Shown in pieces: positions 21,819 through 32,969 of a DNA stretch of 64,000 bases. The translations under genes and the position numbers were made by a program. Where the stretch lies: the NCBI GenBank assembly GCA_030602345.1, contig JAUVZX010000002.1, positions 3,639-67,638 of the forward strand. Reading direction: 5' to 3'. Within the stretch, counting starts at the first letter, position 1, and every line of letters begins with the position of its first letter. Source of the stretch: Bacilli bacterium. GTDB taxonomy: Bacteria > Bacillota_I > Bacilli_A > RF39 > UBA660. The notes beneath the pieces are model-generated. The model ran no database searches. It was not told where the DNA came from and worked only from the letters and a program-made list of their open reading frames with translations.

Positions 21819-22103
21819 CTAGTTAAGTTCAATTGAACTTCCTTCTTTTAATTTAACAATAGCTTTTTTAACTTTGTTTGTCATTCCAGTGTACTTACCC
21901 ACTCTTTTTTTACGTGGTTTTACATTTATTGTATTAACACTTTCAACTTCAACATTAAATATTTTTTCTATCGCTTGTTTGATTTGAGTTTTGTTAGCTC
22001 TTACATCAACACTAAATGTGAATGTATTATTTTCTTGAGCTAATTTAGCGCTTTTTTCTGTTACGATTGGCGCTTTAATAATATCTCTATAATTACTTAA
22101 CAT
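21819..22103 (-). CDS. rplW: 50S ribosomal protein L23
   Basis: [23 protein letters not shown]. Confidence 0.99.
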   Translation of the reverse strand: MLSNYRDIIKAPIVTEKSAKLAQENNTFTFSVDVRANKTQIKQAIEKIFNVEVESVNTINVKPRKKRVGKYTGMTNKVKKAIVKLKEGSSIELN

Positions 22104-22729
22104 TAAACAAGCACCTCCTCTAGTTTAATAAGTGCTGACTCAGTAATAATCATTGTATCAGCTCTCAAAACATCATATGTTCCTAACTCAGTAACTTCTA
22201 ATAAGGTAACATTATTGATATTTCTTGTTGCTAAAATTACATTGTCATTTAATTCTTCAACTACAATTAAAATTTTCTTAACCGCATTCAAAGTTTTCAA
22301 AGTACTTAATACTTCTTTTGTTTTATTGCTTTCTAAATTAAAGTTATCAACAATAATCATTTCATTATTTGTAACTTTATATGCTAAAGCTGATTTGAAA
22401 GCTAAACGGCTTTCTTTTTTATTCATTCTGATAAAGTAACTTCTTGGATGCGGTCCAAAAACCACTCCACCACCTACCCAATGAGGAGCACGAATACTTC
22501 CTTGACGAGCACGTCCAGTTCCTTTTTGTTTCCAAGGTTTTCTACCACCACCACGAACTTCATCTCTTGTTTTCGTGTCATGCGTTCCTTGTCTAAATGA
22601 AGCTTGAGTTTTCTTGATTGCATCATGTAAAACTGCATCATTTGGTTCGATACCAAAAACTTCTTTATTCAATGAATATTCTTTTACTTTTTCGTTTTGT
22701 AAATTAACTACGTTTAATTTCATATCCAC
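22103..22729 (-). CDS. rplD: 50S ribosomal protein L4
   Basis: [21 protein letters not shown]. Confidence 0.99.
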   Translation of the reverse strand: MDMKLNVVNLQNEKVKEYSLNKEVFGIEPNDAVLHDAIKKTQASFRQGTHDTKTRDEVRGGGRKPWKQKGTGRARQGSIRAPHWVGGGVVFGPHPRSYFIRMNKKESRLAFKSALAYKVTNNEMIIVDNFNLESNKTKEVLSTLKTLNAVKKILIVVEELNDNVILATRNINNVTLLEVTELGTYDVLRADTMIITESALIKLEEVLV

Positions 22730-22736
22730 TAACCTC

Positions 22737-23531
22737 CTATTCTTGGCCTTCTACTTTTGTTTCTTCTGTTGTTTCAGAAACATTTTCTTCTAGAACAGTT
22801 TCTTCTGCCATAACTTCTTCCGTTGTAGCTTCAACCTCTTCAGAAATTTGAGTTTCTTCTAATAATTCAGCATAAGTTATTAATCCTTCATATTCATTTA
22901 CAACACCAGGGTTTTTAACCGCTGTTCTAACGAATACTAATCCTTTTTTGGGACCAGGAATATTTCCTTTTACTAATAATATATTATTTACTAAGTCAAC
23001 CTTAACTATTTCTAAGTTTTGAATAGTAATTGTTTCCGCACCCATGTGTCCTGGTAAATTTTTACCTTTCATAACACGTTTTGGTAATCTTGATCCCATT
23101 GAACCAACACCACGATGGTATTGTGAACCGTGAGTCATAGGCCCTCTTGTTTGATTGTGACGTTTAATTGTTCCTTGGAAACCTTTTCCTTTGCTTGTTC
23201 CCGTTACGTCTATCATTTCTCCTTCAGTAAAGATATCAGCTTTGATTTCTTGTCCTAAAGAATAATTATTTGTGTCTACTCCTCTAAGTTCTTTAAAGAA
23301 GCGCTTAGGTGTAGTGTTTGCTTTGTTTGTGTGTCCGATTGATGCTTTTGTTGCAAGCTTTTTTCTTTTAGTTTCAAAACCAAGTTGAATTGCTTCATAA
23401 CCATCAGTAGCTTTAGTTTTAACTTGAGTTATGATATTTGGTTCAACAGCAACAACTGTAACCGGAACTAATTTTCCTGAATTTGTAAAAACTTGGGTCA
23501 TGCCCATTTTTCTACCTAAGATTCCTTTCAT
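22737..23531 (-). CDS. rplC: 50S ribosomal protein L3 with acidic C-terminal extension
   Basis: [23 protein letters not shown]. Confidence 0.99.
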   Translation of the reverse strand: MKGILGRKMGMTQVFTNSGKLVPVTVVAVEPNIITQVKTKATDGYEAIQLGFETKRKKLATKASIGHTNKANTTPKRFFKELRGVDTNNYSLGQEIKADIFTEGEMIDVTGTSKGKGFQGTIKRHNQTRGPMTHGSQYHRGVGSMGSRLPKRVMKGKNLPGHMGAETITIQNLEIVKVDLVNNILLVKGNIPGPKKGLVFVRTAVKNPGVVNEYEGLITYAELLEETQISEEVEATTEEVMAEETVLEENVSETTEETKVEGQE

Positions 23532-23553
23532 ATTTTCCTCCTATATATAATAA

Positions 23554-23862
23554 TTAAAGTTTAATTTGAATATCAACACCACTTGGAATGTCTAAATGCG
23601 TTAACGCATCTATTGTTTCCTTGCTTGGATTGTTGATATCAATAAGTCTTTTATGTGTTCTTTTTTCGAATTGTTCACGTGAATCTTTATATTTATGAAC
23701 AGCACGTAGAATTGTTATCTTCTCGATTTCTGTTGGCAATGGAATTGGTCCACTTACTTCTCCACCAGTTCTCTTAACAGTTTCAACAATTTTAGCGCAA
23801 GCTGTATCTAAACTTCTGTGTTCAAACGCTTTCAATCTTATGCGAATTTTTTTGTTAGACAT
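23554..23862 (-). CDS. rpsJ: 30S ribosomal protein S10
   Basis: [24 protein letters not shown]. Confidence 0.99.
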   Translation of the reverse strand: MSNKKIRIRLKAFEHRSLDTACAKIVETVKRTGGEVSGPIPLPTEIEKITILRAVHKYKDSREQFEKRTHKRLIDINNPSKETIDALTHLDIPSGVDIQIKL

Positions 23863-24023
23863 ATTGTATCCTCCCTTCGTCTATATCTCGTATAGACTAG
23901 CTCCGTGTAAAAACCCGATTCTTAAGCAAAGTTAATAACAACTTAACCTGGCGTTTCGGCAACCTTACACATCTATGCTTGTCACACATAGTAAATTATA
24001 CACTTTGTTATTGTTTTTTGCAA
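23863..24023 (-). promoter_or_regulatory. S10 operon promoter and structured rpsJ leader RNA
   Basis: TTGCAA-17-TATAAT; leader GTGTAA GGTTGCCGAAAC...TTACAC GGAG..GTCTAT..ATAGAC resembles the Bacillus rpsJ leader. Confidence 0.75.
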
Positions 24024-24061
24024 GTATTTTTTAACAAAATAAAAAATAAGGTTTCCCTTAT

Positions 24062-24280
24062 TTATTTAACAAATGGTACTAAAGCCATAAATCTAGATTT
24101 CTTAACTTCTTGTGCAATATGTCTTTGGTGTTTAGCACATGCTCCAGTTACTCTTCTTGGTAATATTTTACCCTTGTCACCACTAATATATTTTTTAATG
24201 ATTTCAACATCTTTGTAATCTACACTTTTACCAGCACACATTTGACATACTTTTTTTGGTTTTCTATAAAATTCTGCCAT
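24062..24280 (-). CDS. rpsR: 30S ribosomal protein S18 (Zn-binding)
   Basis: CQMC, DYKD, GKILPRRVTGAC.KHQR. Confidence 0.99.
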   Translation of the reverse strand: MAEFYRKPKKVCQMCAGKSVDYKDVEIIKKYISGDKGKILPRRVTGACAKHQRHIAQEVKKSRFMALVPFVK

Positions 24281-24294
24281 TTCTTTCCTCCTTA

Positions 24295-24756
24295 TTAATC
24301 TAAGAAGTTATCGTCGATAGAAACACTGTCGCCAAAATCCGCAAACGGATCTGCATTGTCGACATTCATTGTATTATCTTGATAATCATAAGGTGTTATT
24401 GTTTCTTTAAAACCTGTCGCACCTCTATTTTGGCTTTGTGCTTTACTTTCTAAAAATTGAATAGTATCAGCAACCACCTCTGTAGTATATCTTTTGTTTC
24501 CATCTTTGTCGTCATAACTTCCTGTTTGTATTCTTCCATCTATCGATACAAGACTACCTTTGTCTAAAAAATTACAAACATTTTCTGCTTGTTTTCTCCA
24601 AACAACAATATTTATAAAATCTGCTTCTCTTTGTCCTTGTTGATTTGTATAAGCTCTATTTACCGCAACACTAAATCTAGCAAAAGGCAAATTTGAACCA
24701 GTATATTTTAATTCCGGTTTACTTGTTAATCTTCCGACTAAACTAACTCTGTTCAT
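24295..24756 (-). CDS. ssb: Single-stranded DNA-binding protein
   Basis: MNRV.LVGRLT, EADFI.IV.W, acidic tail; rpsF-ssb-rpsR order. Confidence 0.98.
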   Translation of the reverse strand: MNRVSLVGRLTSKPELKYTGSNLPFARFSVAVNRAYTNQQGQREADFINIVVWRKQAENVCNFLDKGSLVSIDGRIQTGSYDDKDGNKRYTTEVVADTIQFLESKAQSQNRGATGFKETITPYDYQDNTMNVDNADPFADFGDSVSIDDNFLD

Positions 24757-24770
24757 GAATTACCTTCTTT

Positions 24771-25061
24771 CTAAATTTCTGTTTTAGTAATCAAGTGACG
24801 AACAATGTCTTTATTGATTAAAGCTAAACGATCAAACTCTTTAATTGCTTTATCGTCAGCACTTTCGATATTAACTACATAATAAGATCCGTTTTTTTGA
24901 TCTTTTATTTCGTATGCTAATTCTCTTTGTCCCATTGCTTTAACGTTCACAATTTTAGCACCGTTAGAAACTAAAACTTCTTCAAAATTAGCGACAAGTT
25001 TTTTGTGTTCCTCGTCATTTAAAGTTGCTTTAACTATGTACATAATTTCATAATTACGCAT
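24771..25061 (-). CDS. rpsF: 30S ribosomal protein S6
   Basis: MRNYEIMYI, G.RELAYEI. Confidence 0.98.
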   Translation of the reverse strand: MRNYEIMYIVKATLNDEEHKKLVANFEEVLVSNGAKIVNVKAMGQRELAYEIKDQKNGSYYVVNIESADDKAIKEFDRLALINKDIVRHLITKTEI

Positions 25062-25123
25062 TTCTACACCTCCTTATGGTCTTTGGCTTTCCCTTGAAAG
25101 CAAGGAGTAATTTTATTACTCGC
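25062..25123 (-). promoter_or_regulatory. S6:S18 autoregulatory leader
   Basis: ACTCCTTGCTTTC...GAAAGCCAAAGACCATAAGGAGG: CTCCTT can sequester the SD, as in Firmicutes rpsF leaders. Confidence 0.7.
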
Positions 25124-25161
25124 TTATGATTATAACAAAAAAAAAGTTGCTTGTAAACAAC

Positions 25162-26259
25162 TTAGACGTTAAATCGAAAGTGACAGATGTCACCATCTTT
25201 CATCGAATATTCTTTTCCTTCTAATCTGACCTTACCCGCTTCTTTAACTTTCCTTTCATCCTTAAATTCCTTTAAGTCTTCAAAACTCATTACTTCCGCT
25301 CTTATAAAGCCCTTTTCAAAATCGGTATGAATTATTCCGGCACACTCCGGCGCTTTCATACCATTGATAAATGTCCATGCTCTAACTTCTTTTTTACCAG
25401 CAGTAAAATATGTTGATAAATTTAAAAGTTTATACGTTGCTCTTATTAATTGAGAAAGTCCACTTTCTCTTATTCCCAGCATCTCAAAAAGTTCAGCACT
25501 TTCTTCATCTGATAGATCTGATAAATCTTCTTCTACTTTGGCTGACAAAATAATTAATTCTGCATTTTGCTCATTTGCGTATGATTTTAATTCTTCTACA
25601 TAACTCGGAAGAGAAGACAACTCCCCTTCTGAAACGTTAGCTACATAAATTATAGATTTTTGAGTTAAAAAATTATATGATTTTATTGTTTTAGTTTCAT
25701 CATCGCTTAAATCAATCAATCTTATTGGAATATTTTTATTTAAGTTTTCTAAAATTTTAGATAAAATTTCATATTCTTTTTTTGCATCCTTATCATTAGA
25801 TTTTAAAGCTTTCGATTCAATCGTTTTCATTTTTTTAGAAACTACTTCTAAATCTGAAAAAATCAATTCTAAATCTATTATCTGAGCATCCCTTATAGGA
25901 TCAGTTTTCCCTTCAACATGCGTTACGTTTTCATCATCAAAACACCTAACAACTTGGCAAATTGCATCTACTTCGCGTATATGTGACAAAAACTTATTTC
26001 CTAAGCCTTCACCAAGGGATGCTCCCTTTACAAGTCCTGCTATATCAGTAAATTCAAACGTGGTTGCAATTACTTTTTCCGGATCATAAATCTCTTTTAA
26101 TAAATCTAATCTATCATCAGGAACCACAACCATACCTATGTTGGGTTCAATAGTTGCAAATGGATAATTTGCAGCCAATATTTTTTGTTTTGTAATGGCA
26201 TTAAATAAAGTTGATTTACCAACATTAGGTAAACCAACTATTCCAGCTCTTAAAGACAT
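25162..26259 (-). CDS. ychF: Ribosome-binding ATPase YchF
   Basis: GLPNVGKSTLFNA, ANYPFATIEPN, DIAGLVKGAS.GEGLGN. Confidence 0.99.
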   Translation of the reverse strand: MSLRAGIVGLPNVGKSTLFNAITKQKILAANYPFATIEPNIGMVVVPDDRLDLLKEIYDPEKVIATTFEFTDIAGLVKGASLGEGLGNKFLSHIREVDAICQVVRCFDDENVTHVEGKTDPIRDAQIIDLELIFSDLEVVSKKMKTIESKALKSNDKDAKKEYEILSKILENLNKNIPIRLIDLSDDETKTIKSYNFLTQKSIIYVANVSEGELSSLPSYVEELKSYANEQNAELIILSAKVEEDLSDLSDEESAELFEMLGIRESGLSQLIRATYKLLNLSTYFTAGKKEVRAWTFINGMKAPECAGIIHTDFEKGFIRAEVMSFEDLKEFKDERKVKEAGKVRLEGKEYSMKDGDICHFRFNV

Positions 26260-26268
26260 ATTTCCTCC

Positions 26269-27783
26269 TTACATTGTTGTAAATGTTTTCGGTCCAATTG
26301 GTAATCCAATCAGATACCAAGAAAGAACAAACAATATCATAAACAACGTTATTATTATCAGTGGTTTTAGAATTATTGAATAAGCTTCCGACAATCTAAT
26401 TTCATCTTCCATATTCTTCTTTAGTTGACCTAAAGTAAAAAATAGATAAATTGAGAAAATAGAAAGGGTTGAACCTATTCCTGTAAAAATTACGAAAACT
26501 ATTTGTGCATAATCTGGGGTCATATTTGTTCTCATAAATAAAGGCACAATTATCGGCGATAAATATGACCACTTAAGATAATCGAAAGGCAATAAAAACC
26601 CCCCAACTAACGCTATTAAAATAAATGTTATTACCAGAGGCATACCGGAAAATTGTAACACTCCAAATATATCAACCACATTAACTATAAAGACTTCTGC
26701 TATATTAGTCCACATTAACAACATGAACACTACATATGACACTATCATAATAGGGAAAATTCTCTCATACCCTTTTAAACCAAAACTAATAGCTCTTGAA
26801 GCCTCGAAACTGTTATCGATAGTTTTATTAATTTTACCAAACGTAAACGAAACTATCATTAGAAAAAAAGAGAACAAATAAATAAAATATTTAGTAAAAA
26901 TTGATGTTTCTGATACAATTTTTAAAATATAGTTGTCTTGCGTTAAATCTAAAAGGAATCCAGAACCAGTCAAACCATATACCATTACTAAAAGAATCAT
27001 TACCGAAAGAAATAAGGTTGTTTTCCATTTAAATGAGTTTTCTACTTCTTCCTCGATGATTATTTTAGTCGTCTTAGGATAAACCATTTTATAAATTAAA
27101 TATGACAATAACACAGAAAGGAAAATAGTTCCAACTAAATTTAAAAAAATTACAGAAGTAGGAGAATAAACATAATTTATGTTTCTTTCCACATTGGCAG
27201 CAAGTTGTGTAAAATTTCCTATTGTATAATCGATATTCTTGTTAAATATCGAAAATCCATATCCGACATTAAAAGATATAAATGAGGTATAAATTCCCAA
27301 TTGAGGATTTTTAATTGCATATTTATAAATTAAAGCAAATAAAGGTACCAACAATAACATCCCTTGGGGTCCTAAAAAATTAAAGATAAACGATACTATA
27401 ACTGTCATAAAAATTAAATATCTAGCTTTTAGTTTATTAAATTTTTTAAACACAAGTTGTGCCAATCCACTCTTTTCCATAACTCCCAGTGCTGCACCAA
27501 CAAATATAATTTTGGTCAGCATCGAAGCTATAAAATCGGTACTTAAAAATGATAAAACTTTTTCAAACGATTCGAGACTTAAAGTGTTGTTTACTGTAGC
27601 TATTGTCGTTTCAACTACTCTCTGCCCTTCGTTTAAAGAACTATTAACTATAGCAGCCTTATCACCTTGAAACTCTAGAAAGTGTAATAAAGAACCCAAA
27701 ACTATTATAATTAAAAATACAATAGCCAGATTTGAAAGAACGCTTAATTCTAATTTTTGTGTCTTTTTCTTTTTAATAGCCAT
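26269..27783 (-). CDS. Multi-pass membrane transporter, divergent AbgT family
   Basis: ~12 TM segments; LGV.EKSGL, KW..LSPI.VPLFM, W.LIGLPIGP C-terminus typical of AbgT. Confidence 0.7.
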   Translation of the reverse strand: MAIKKKKTQKLELSVLSNLAIVFLIIIVLGSLLHFLEFQGDKAAIVNSSLNEGQRVVETTIATVNNTLSLESFEKVLSFLSTDFIASMLTKIIFVGAALGVMEKSGLAQLVFKKFNKLKARYLIFMTVIVSFIFNFLGPQGMLLLVPLFALIYKYAIKNPQLGIYTSFISFNVGYGFSIFNKNIDYTIGNFTQLAANVERNINYVYSPTSVIFLNLVGTIFLSVLLSYLIYKMVYPKTTKIIIEEEVENSFKWKTTLFLSVMILLVMVYGLTGSGFLLDLTQDNYILKIVSETSIFTKYFIYLFSFFLMIVSFTFGKINKTIDNSFEASRAISFGLKGYERIFPIMIVSYVVFMLLMWTNIAEVFIVNVVDIFGVLQFSGMPLVITFILIALVGGFLLPFDYLKWSYLSPIIVPLFMRTNMTPDYAQIVFVIFTGIGSTLSIFSIYLFFTLGQLKKNMEDEIRLSEAYSIILKPLIIITLFMILFVLSWYLIGLPIGPKTFTTM

Positions 27784-27791
27784 TATTCCTC

Positions 27792-27977
27792 CTAAAAAGT
27801 TTTTACTTTTTTTATTTTTTTGTTGAAGTCTATTCTAGGCATCATAATGCTTCTTTGGCATTTGAGACATTTAATTTTAATGTCCGCTCCTAGCCTAGTA
27901 ACTTCCCAATTATTTTCTCCACAAGGGTGTTCTTTTCTCATAACAACAACACTTCCAAGTTGATAGTTTTTATCCAT
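27792..27977 (-). CDS. DUF951 (YyzM-like) small Zn-ribbon protein
   Basis: MRKEHPCG.N.WEV.RLGADIKIKC..C. Confidence 0.92.
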   Translation of the reverse strand: MDKNYQLGSVVVMRKEHPCGENNWEVTRLGADIKIKCLKCQRSIMMPRIDFNKKIKKVKTF

Positions 27978-28837
27978 TATTCTTTCACATCCAAAACATC
28001 TAGGATCCTGTTTAAATCGGCATCATTAACAAATGCTATTTCTATTCTTTTATCTTTAATAACGACCCTAGAATCTAATTTTTCTCTCAAAAGTTCTTGT
28101 GCATATAAATACTTATCGTTCGTGTCATGAATTTTATTGTTCGCATTTTTTTTGCTTGTCTTTTCAAGTTCGTGTACAGGCATAGATTTATTAACAATTT
28201 CATCAGCCATTTTAAACATATCTTCTACTTTTTCTTGTTTGCTTAAAAATCTTGCATGACTCATTGATAGTTTACCGGTAACAACCATATCTTTTATTTC
28301 ATCTGGTAATCTTAGTATTCCAATCATATTTGTAACATGACTTCTACTTTTTCCTAATTTTTTAGCTAATTCTTCTTGTGTTAACGACAATCTATCAATC
28401 ATCATTTTATATGCCATGGCTTCTTCTATTGCGTTTAAATCCTCTCTTTGAAGGTTTTCTAAAAGGGCAATTTGCATCATATCTTGATCTGAGAATTCTC
28501 TCACAATTGCAGGTATTGTTTCTTTACCCGCCATTTTACTAGCGCGAACTCTTCTTTCGCCGGCAATTATTTCATAGCCATTGATTGCTTTTTTAACAAT
28601 AATAGGTTGAAAAACGCCGTGCTCTTTAATTGATTCGGATAACTCAATCAACGCTTCTTCATTAAATACTTTTCTTGGTTGATATGGGTTTGGTCTTAAT
28701 AAGCCCAAATCAACATTCTTTATATCTTCCGGGCTAGAAGTATCATATATTTTTTGTTCGATAGACTCCAAATCTAAGTTTTCACTGTTAAATAACTGTT
28801 CCAAGCCTTTTCCAAGCACTTTTCTTTTATTTTCCAT
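27977..28837 (-). CDS. spo0J: Chromosome partitioning protein ParB/Spo0J
   Basis: LGKGL N-terminus, PNPYQPR, AGERR, ENLQREDL, HTH SRSHVTN. Confidence 0.97.
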   Translation of the reverse strand: MENKRKVLGKGLEQLFNSENLDLESIEQKIYDTSSPEDIKNVDLGLLRPNPYQPRKVFNEEALIELSESIKEHGVFQPIIVKKAINGYEIIAGERRVRASKMAGKETIPAIVREFSDQDMMQIALLENLQREDLNAIEEAMAYKMMIDRLSLTQEELAKKLGKSRSHVTNMIGILRLPDEIKDMVVTGKLSMSHARFLSKQEKVEDMFKMADEIVNKSMPVHELEKTSKKNANNKIHDTNDKYLYAQELLREKLDSRVVIKDKRIEIAFVNDADLNRILDVLDVKE

Positions 28838-29612
28838 TTCTATCAATCACTTCCTTCGCTAAATTATGATAAGCTTTTGTTCCGTTGCTCATTGGATCAT
28901 AAATACATATTGGTTTCCCATGACTTGGAGCTTCTGATAGCCTAACAAGTCTAGGAATAATTGTATCATAAACCCTCTCTTTAAAATATTCTTTTATTTC
29001 TCTAACCACATCCATACCTAGATTTGTTCTAGCATCGAGCATTGTTAGTAAAACACCTTCTATATCAAGAGTTGGATTCAAATTTCTTTGAGCAAGCATA
29101 ATCGTATTTAATAATTGCATAATCCCTTCCAAAGCAAAAAATTCACATTGCACTGGGATAATTACAGAATCAGAGGCTGTAAGTGCGTTTGTAGTTAAAA
29201 CCCCTAATGAAGGAGGGCAATCAATTATAATATAGTCAAAGTGCTTCTTAGCAATGTCTAAATGTTGTTTTAATTGGCTTCCTTTTAAAAAACTAACATC
29301 AGTTCTACTTTTTTCAATTAATTCTATATCCGCTCCAGCTAAATTAATTGTAGCGGGAATGACATATAAATTTTGAAATTCTGTTTTTATGATTGCGTCC
29401 TTCAAATCACTTTTACCAACTAATAAATCATAAACGCTTTTCTTGACCTCGGCCTTGTTTATCCCTATTCCCGTCGTAGTGTTTCCTTGGGGATCCAAAT
29501 CAACTAATAATACTTTTTTACCAAGCATCCCTAAAGAAGCAGATAAATTTATACTGGTTGTCGTCTTTCCAACTCCACCTTTTTGATTTACTAAAGATAT
29601 TATTTTTCCCAT
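28827..29612 (-). CDS. soj: ParA/Soj ATPase
   Basis: NQKGGVGKTT, DLDPQGN, IDCPPSLG, EAPSHG. Confidence 0.98.
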   Translation of the reverse strand: MGKIISLVNQKGGVGKTTTSINLSASLGMLGKKVLLVDLDPQGNTTTGIGINKAEVKKSVYDLLVGKSDLKDAIIKTEFQNLYVIPATINLAGADIELIEKSRTDVSFLKGSQLKQHLDIAKKHFDYIIIDCPPSLGVLTTNALTASDSVIIPVQCEFFALEGIMQLLNTIMLAQRNLNPTLDIEGVLLTMLDARTNLGMDVVREIKEYFKERVYDTIIPRLVRLSEAPSHGKPICIYDPMSNGTKAYHNLAKEVIDRNGK

Positions 29613-29682
29613 GTTTTCACACCATTTCTATCTGTATTTATTTTATCATAATTAAGATGTTTTTGCCATTAAAATAAAAGAA

Positions 29683-31656
29683 TTAGACATTAGATTCTAA
29701 CTCTTTTATTAATTGTTCTTTTGTCATTTTGACAGTAACTTTTATTTTCTTTTCTTTAGCTAGTTTAATTAAGTCTTTCTTTGTCATCTCGTTAAGATCT
29801 TCGGATACCACAACTTCTTCTGGCATCATTTCACCTTTTTGATGTATGTATTCAATTTGTTCTTTTGTTAATGTTTCATGTTTAATTAGTAGCTCTGCTA
29901 TTTTCTTTAACAAATCAATATTTTCTTTTAGTATTTTAGTTGCCACTTCATATTGTGAATTGATTATTTTTCTGACCTCTTCATCAATTTGGTTCGCAAC
30001 TTCTGTTGAAAAGTTTTTAACCTTATTATAATCTCTACCTAAGAAAACACTTGAATCAGAGTGTTCAAATTGAACGGGCCCCAATGAACTCATACCATAT
30101 TCAGTAACCATTGCTCTTGCTATTTTTGTGGCTTGTTCAAAATCATTTTGCGCTCCCGTAGTAACTTCTGAAAAAATTAACTCTTCAGCGACTCTACCAC
30201 CCAATAAACCTGCTATTCTTTCAAGTAACTCTTTTTTTGTTGCCGTATATTTTTCTTCCTTAGGCATCATCATGGCATAACCACCAGCATACCCCCTTGG
30301 AATAATAGTTACTTTTTGAACAACATTAGCGTCACTTAGCTTTAATCCCATTACAACGTGCCCCGCTTCATGATGTGCTACTAAACTCTTTTCATATTCT
30401 GAATATTTTTTCGTTCTTTTTGCAGGACCCATCAATACCCTATCTTGAGCTTCGTCTATTTCGCTCATTGTTATCTTTTCTTTATTTCTTCTAACCGTTA
30501 ATAGAGCCGCTTCATTCAATAAATTCTCTAAGTCCGCTCCAGAAAAACCAACGGTTCTTTGAGCAACGTTTTCAAATGTAACTTCTTTGGATAAAGTTTT
30601 TCCTTTAGCGTGAACTGCCAATATTTCTTCTCTTCCCTTTGCATCTGGTAAATTTACTGTAACTTGTCTATCAAATCTTCCCGGTCTCAAAAGAGCTGGA
30701 TCTAAAACATCCGGTCTGTTTGTGGCAGCAATAATAATTATTCCTTCATTATTGCTAAAACCATCCATTTCTGTTAATAACTGATTTAGAGTTTGCTCTC
30801 TTTCATCATGACCACCACCAAGACCAGTTCCTCTTTGGCGACCAACAGCATCTATTTCATCAATAAATATTAAACAAGGCGCAGTAGCCTTAGCTTGTTT
30901 AAACATGTCCCTAACTCTACTTGCTCCAACTCCGACAAATAGTTCGACAAAATCAGAGCCGCTTATAAAATAAAATGGAACATTTGCCTCACCGGCAACT
31001 GCACGAGCCAATAAAGTTTTACCGGTCCCTGGAGGACCAAAAAGCAATACTCCTTTAGGTATTCTTGCTCCCATCTTTTGGAATTTTTTAGGATTTTTCA
31101 AAAAATCAATTAGTTCACTTAGTTCCTCTTTTTCTTCGGTTAATCCAGCAACATTATCAAATGTTACCTTACCCATACCATCATTCATTTTAGCTCGGCT
31201 TTTTCCAAAATCTAAAGATTTATTTGCGCTTCCCATCTGTCTTGTTATGAAAAAGAAAGTAAGTCCTATCAATATAACAAAGGGTAAAACATTTATTAAA
31301 AAAATAAATAGTGATCCCGATTCAGGATCGGAGTTAACCTTTAATTCATAACCAAATTCCTCTTGATTTAATAGTATTCTTTCGATAACTCCTTCTGAAG
31401 CCGGAACTTTAACTATAAATGTTTCGTTTTCTTTATAATCTTTTAATCTTCCTTTTATTTCATATATTCTAGAAGAACCCCTTGGAACTATAGTTATTTT
31501 TTCCACTGTTCCTTCTGAAGATACCTTTAAAAATTCATCGTATGTAAGTGTATTAACCCTAGTATCCAAAATACTCATTATTGAGTAAACAGATATCGCT
31601 ACTAAAGCAAATAACACATATGATGCTATTGTCTTTTGTTTTTGTTTTTTATTCAT
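29683..31656 (-). CDS. ftsH: ATP-dependent Zn metalloprotease FtsH with C-terminal HeH-like extension
   Basis: 2 [27 protein letters not shown]. Confidence 0.99.
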   Translation of the reverse strand: MNKKQKQKTIASYVLFALVAISVYSIMSILDTRVNTLTYDEFLKVSSEGTVEKITIVPRGSSRIYEIKGRLKDYKENETFIVKVPASEGVIERILLNQEEFGYELKVNSDPESGSLFIFLINVLPFVILIGLTFFFITRQMGSANKSLDFGKSRAKMNDGMGKVTFDNVAGLTEEKEELSELIDFLKNPKKFQKMGARIPKGVLLFGPPGTGKTLLARAVAGEANVPFYFISGSDFVELFVGVGASRVRDMFKQAKATAPCLIFIDEIDAVGRQRGTGLGGGHDEREQTLNQLLTEMDGFSNNEGIIIIAATNRPDVLDPALLRPGRFDRQVTVNLPDAKGREEILAVHAKGKTLSKEVTFENVAQRTVGFSGADLENLLNEAALLTVRRNKEKITMSEIDEAQDRVLMGPAKRTKKYSEYEKSLVAHHEAGHVVMGLKLSDANVVQKVTIIPRGYAGGYAMMMPKEEKYTATKKELLERIAGLLGGRVAEELIFSEVTTGAQNDFEQATKIARAMVTEYGMSSLGPVQFEHSDSSVFLGRDYNKVKNFSTEVANQIDEEVRKIINSQYEVATKILKENIDLLKKIAELLIKHETLTKEQIEYIHQKGEMMPEEVVVSEDLNEMTKKDLIKLAKEKKIKVTVKMTKEQLIKELESNV

Positions 31657-32968
31657 TTTTTTTCTCCTTACTGCACCTAATTATTATATCATAACTTTCC
31701 GTATCAGACTTACAAAAAATACTTTTCTTAACCATTGGAATCCAAACAATGTTATCTTCGGAATCAACTAAAATCGGAAAGTTTCTTCTATCGAATTTAG
31801 ATATTTTTTCATCAATAAATATATCTGAAATCTTTTTATGTTTGTTCAATCCTTTTAGAACGATTTTCTCGCCTTTCCTAGCATTCCTAATATATAGAGG
31901 TAAGGAAAGTTCTTTTGTGTATAAACAACAATAATCATTACCATTGCCATATTCTTTAACGTTTTTGAATTTAAAACCAAATACTCTCACTTGATCATTG
32001 AATTCTATTTTGAATTCATGATTTGATTTACGATCAAAATATAAAAATCCATTGTCTTTGTATATAACTTTCCCTTCAGGTAAGTTATAAGATAAACTTG
32101 GCTTATCACTCTTTGAAATTAATAAAATTTTATTCAAATGTTCTTTTTTAAGATTCGTTGTTTTTGTTTGATATTCTCTCCAAATAAACTTTTTAATTAC
32201 TTGCTTAATCAAATAGTCATCCAAGGGAAGAAGTCTATTTATATCTATTCTATTGTTAACTACAACATTACTATAAATTATGTCTACTTCCCTGCTAATA
32301 AAATTAAAATTTTCTTCCATTTCCTCAATTAAGTTATCTATGTTTTTAGAAAACGTGGGGTTTTTATCTTTTATTAACGGAATTATAACATTTCTAATAT
32401 AATTTCTTGAGTAGGCATTTTCCTTATTGCTAGAATCTTCGAAGTACTTAATATTATTTTCTAAAGCATAATCGAGTATTTGTTGCTTGCTAAGCTCTAA
32501 TAACGGTCTATATATTTCAACATTTTCATAATATACACTCTTTTTTAAGGAAGATAAAGATTGGAGCGTGGTCCCTCTAATAACTTTAAATAAGAAAGTT
32601 TCTACTAAATCATCCTCATGATGTGCTGTTAAAATTATTGATGCATTACTTTCTTTTGCAACTTCTAATAATTTTTCATACCTATATTCTCTAGCAGAAT
32701 CGTGCATATTTTTTTTGCCAGTCTTGTTGTAATTAAAGACTCTGATAGCATTATTGTCCTTTTCACACATATTTACTATTTGCTCTTCTTCAAATTTACT
32801 TTCTTTTCGTAAATTATGATTAAAATGTACACATATAATTTTTTGGTTCAAATCAAGTTTTTTTAAAAGATCATAAAGAACCATAGAATCAACTCCACCT
32901 GAAAGGGATAACACAACAGTGCTATTTTCATTAATTTTATCTTTTAATTTTTTATGAACTTTTTCCAT
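31649..32968 (-). CDS. tilS: tRNA(Ile)-lysidine synthetase
   Basis: SGGVDS PP-loop, AR..RY, TAHH.DD..ET. Confidence 0.96.
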   Translation of the reverse strand: MEKVHKKLKDKINENSTVVLSLSGGVDSMVLYDLLKKLDLNQKIICVHFNHNLRKESKFEEEQIVNMCEKDNNAIRVFNYNKTGKKNMHDSAREYRYEKLLEVAKESNASIILTAHHEDDLVETFLFKVIRGTTLQSLSSLKKSVYYENVEIYRPLLELSKQQILDYALENNIKYFEDSSNKENAYSRNYIRNVIIPLIKDKNPTFSKNIDNLIEEMEENFNFISREVDIIYSNVVVNNRIDINRLLPLDDYLIKQVIKKFIWREYQTKTTNLKKEHLNKILLISKSDKPSLSYNLPEGKVIYKDNGFLYFDRKSNHEFKIEFNDQVRVFGFKFKNVKEYGNGNDYCCLYTKELSLPLYIRNARKGEKIVLKGLNKHKKISDIFIDEKISKFDRRNFPILVDSEDNIVWIPMVKKSIFCKSDTESYDIIIRCSKEKKNE

Positions 32969-32969
32969 T

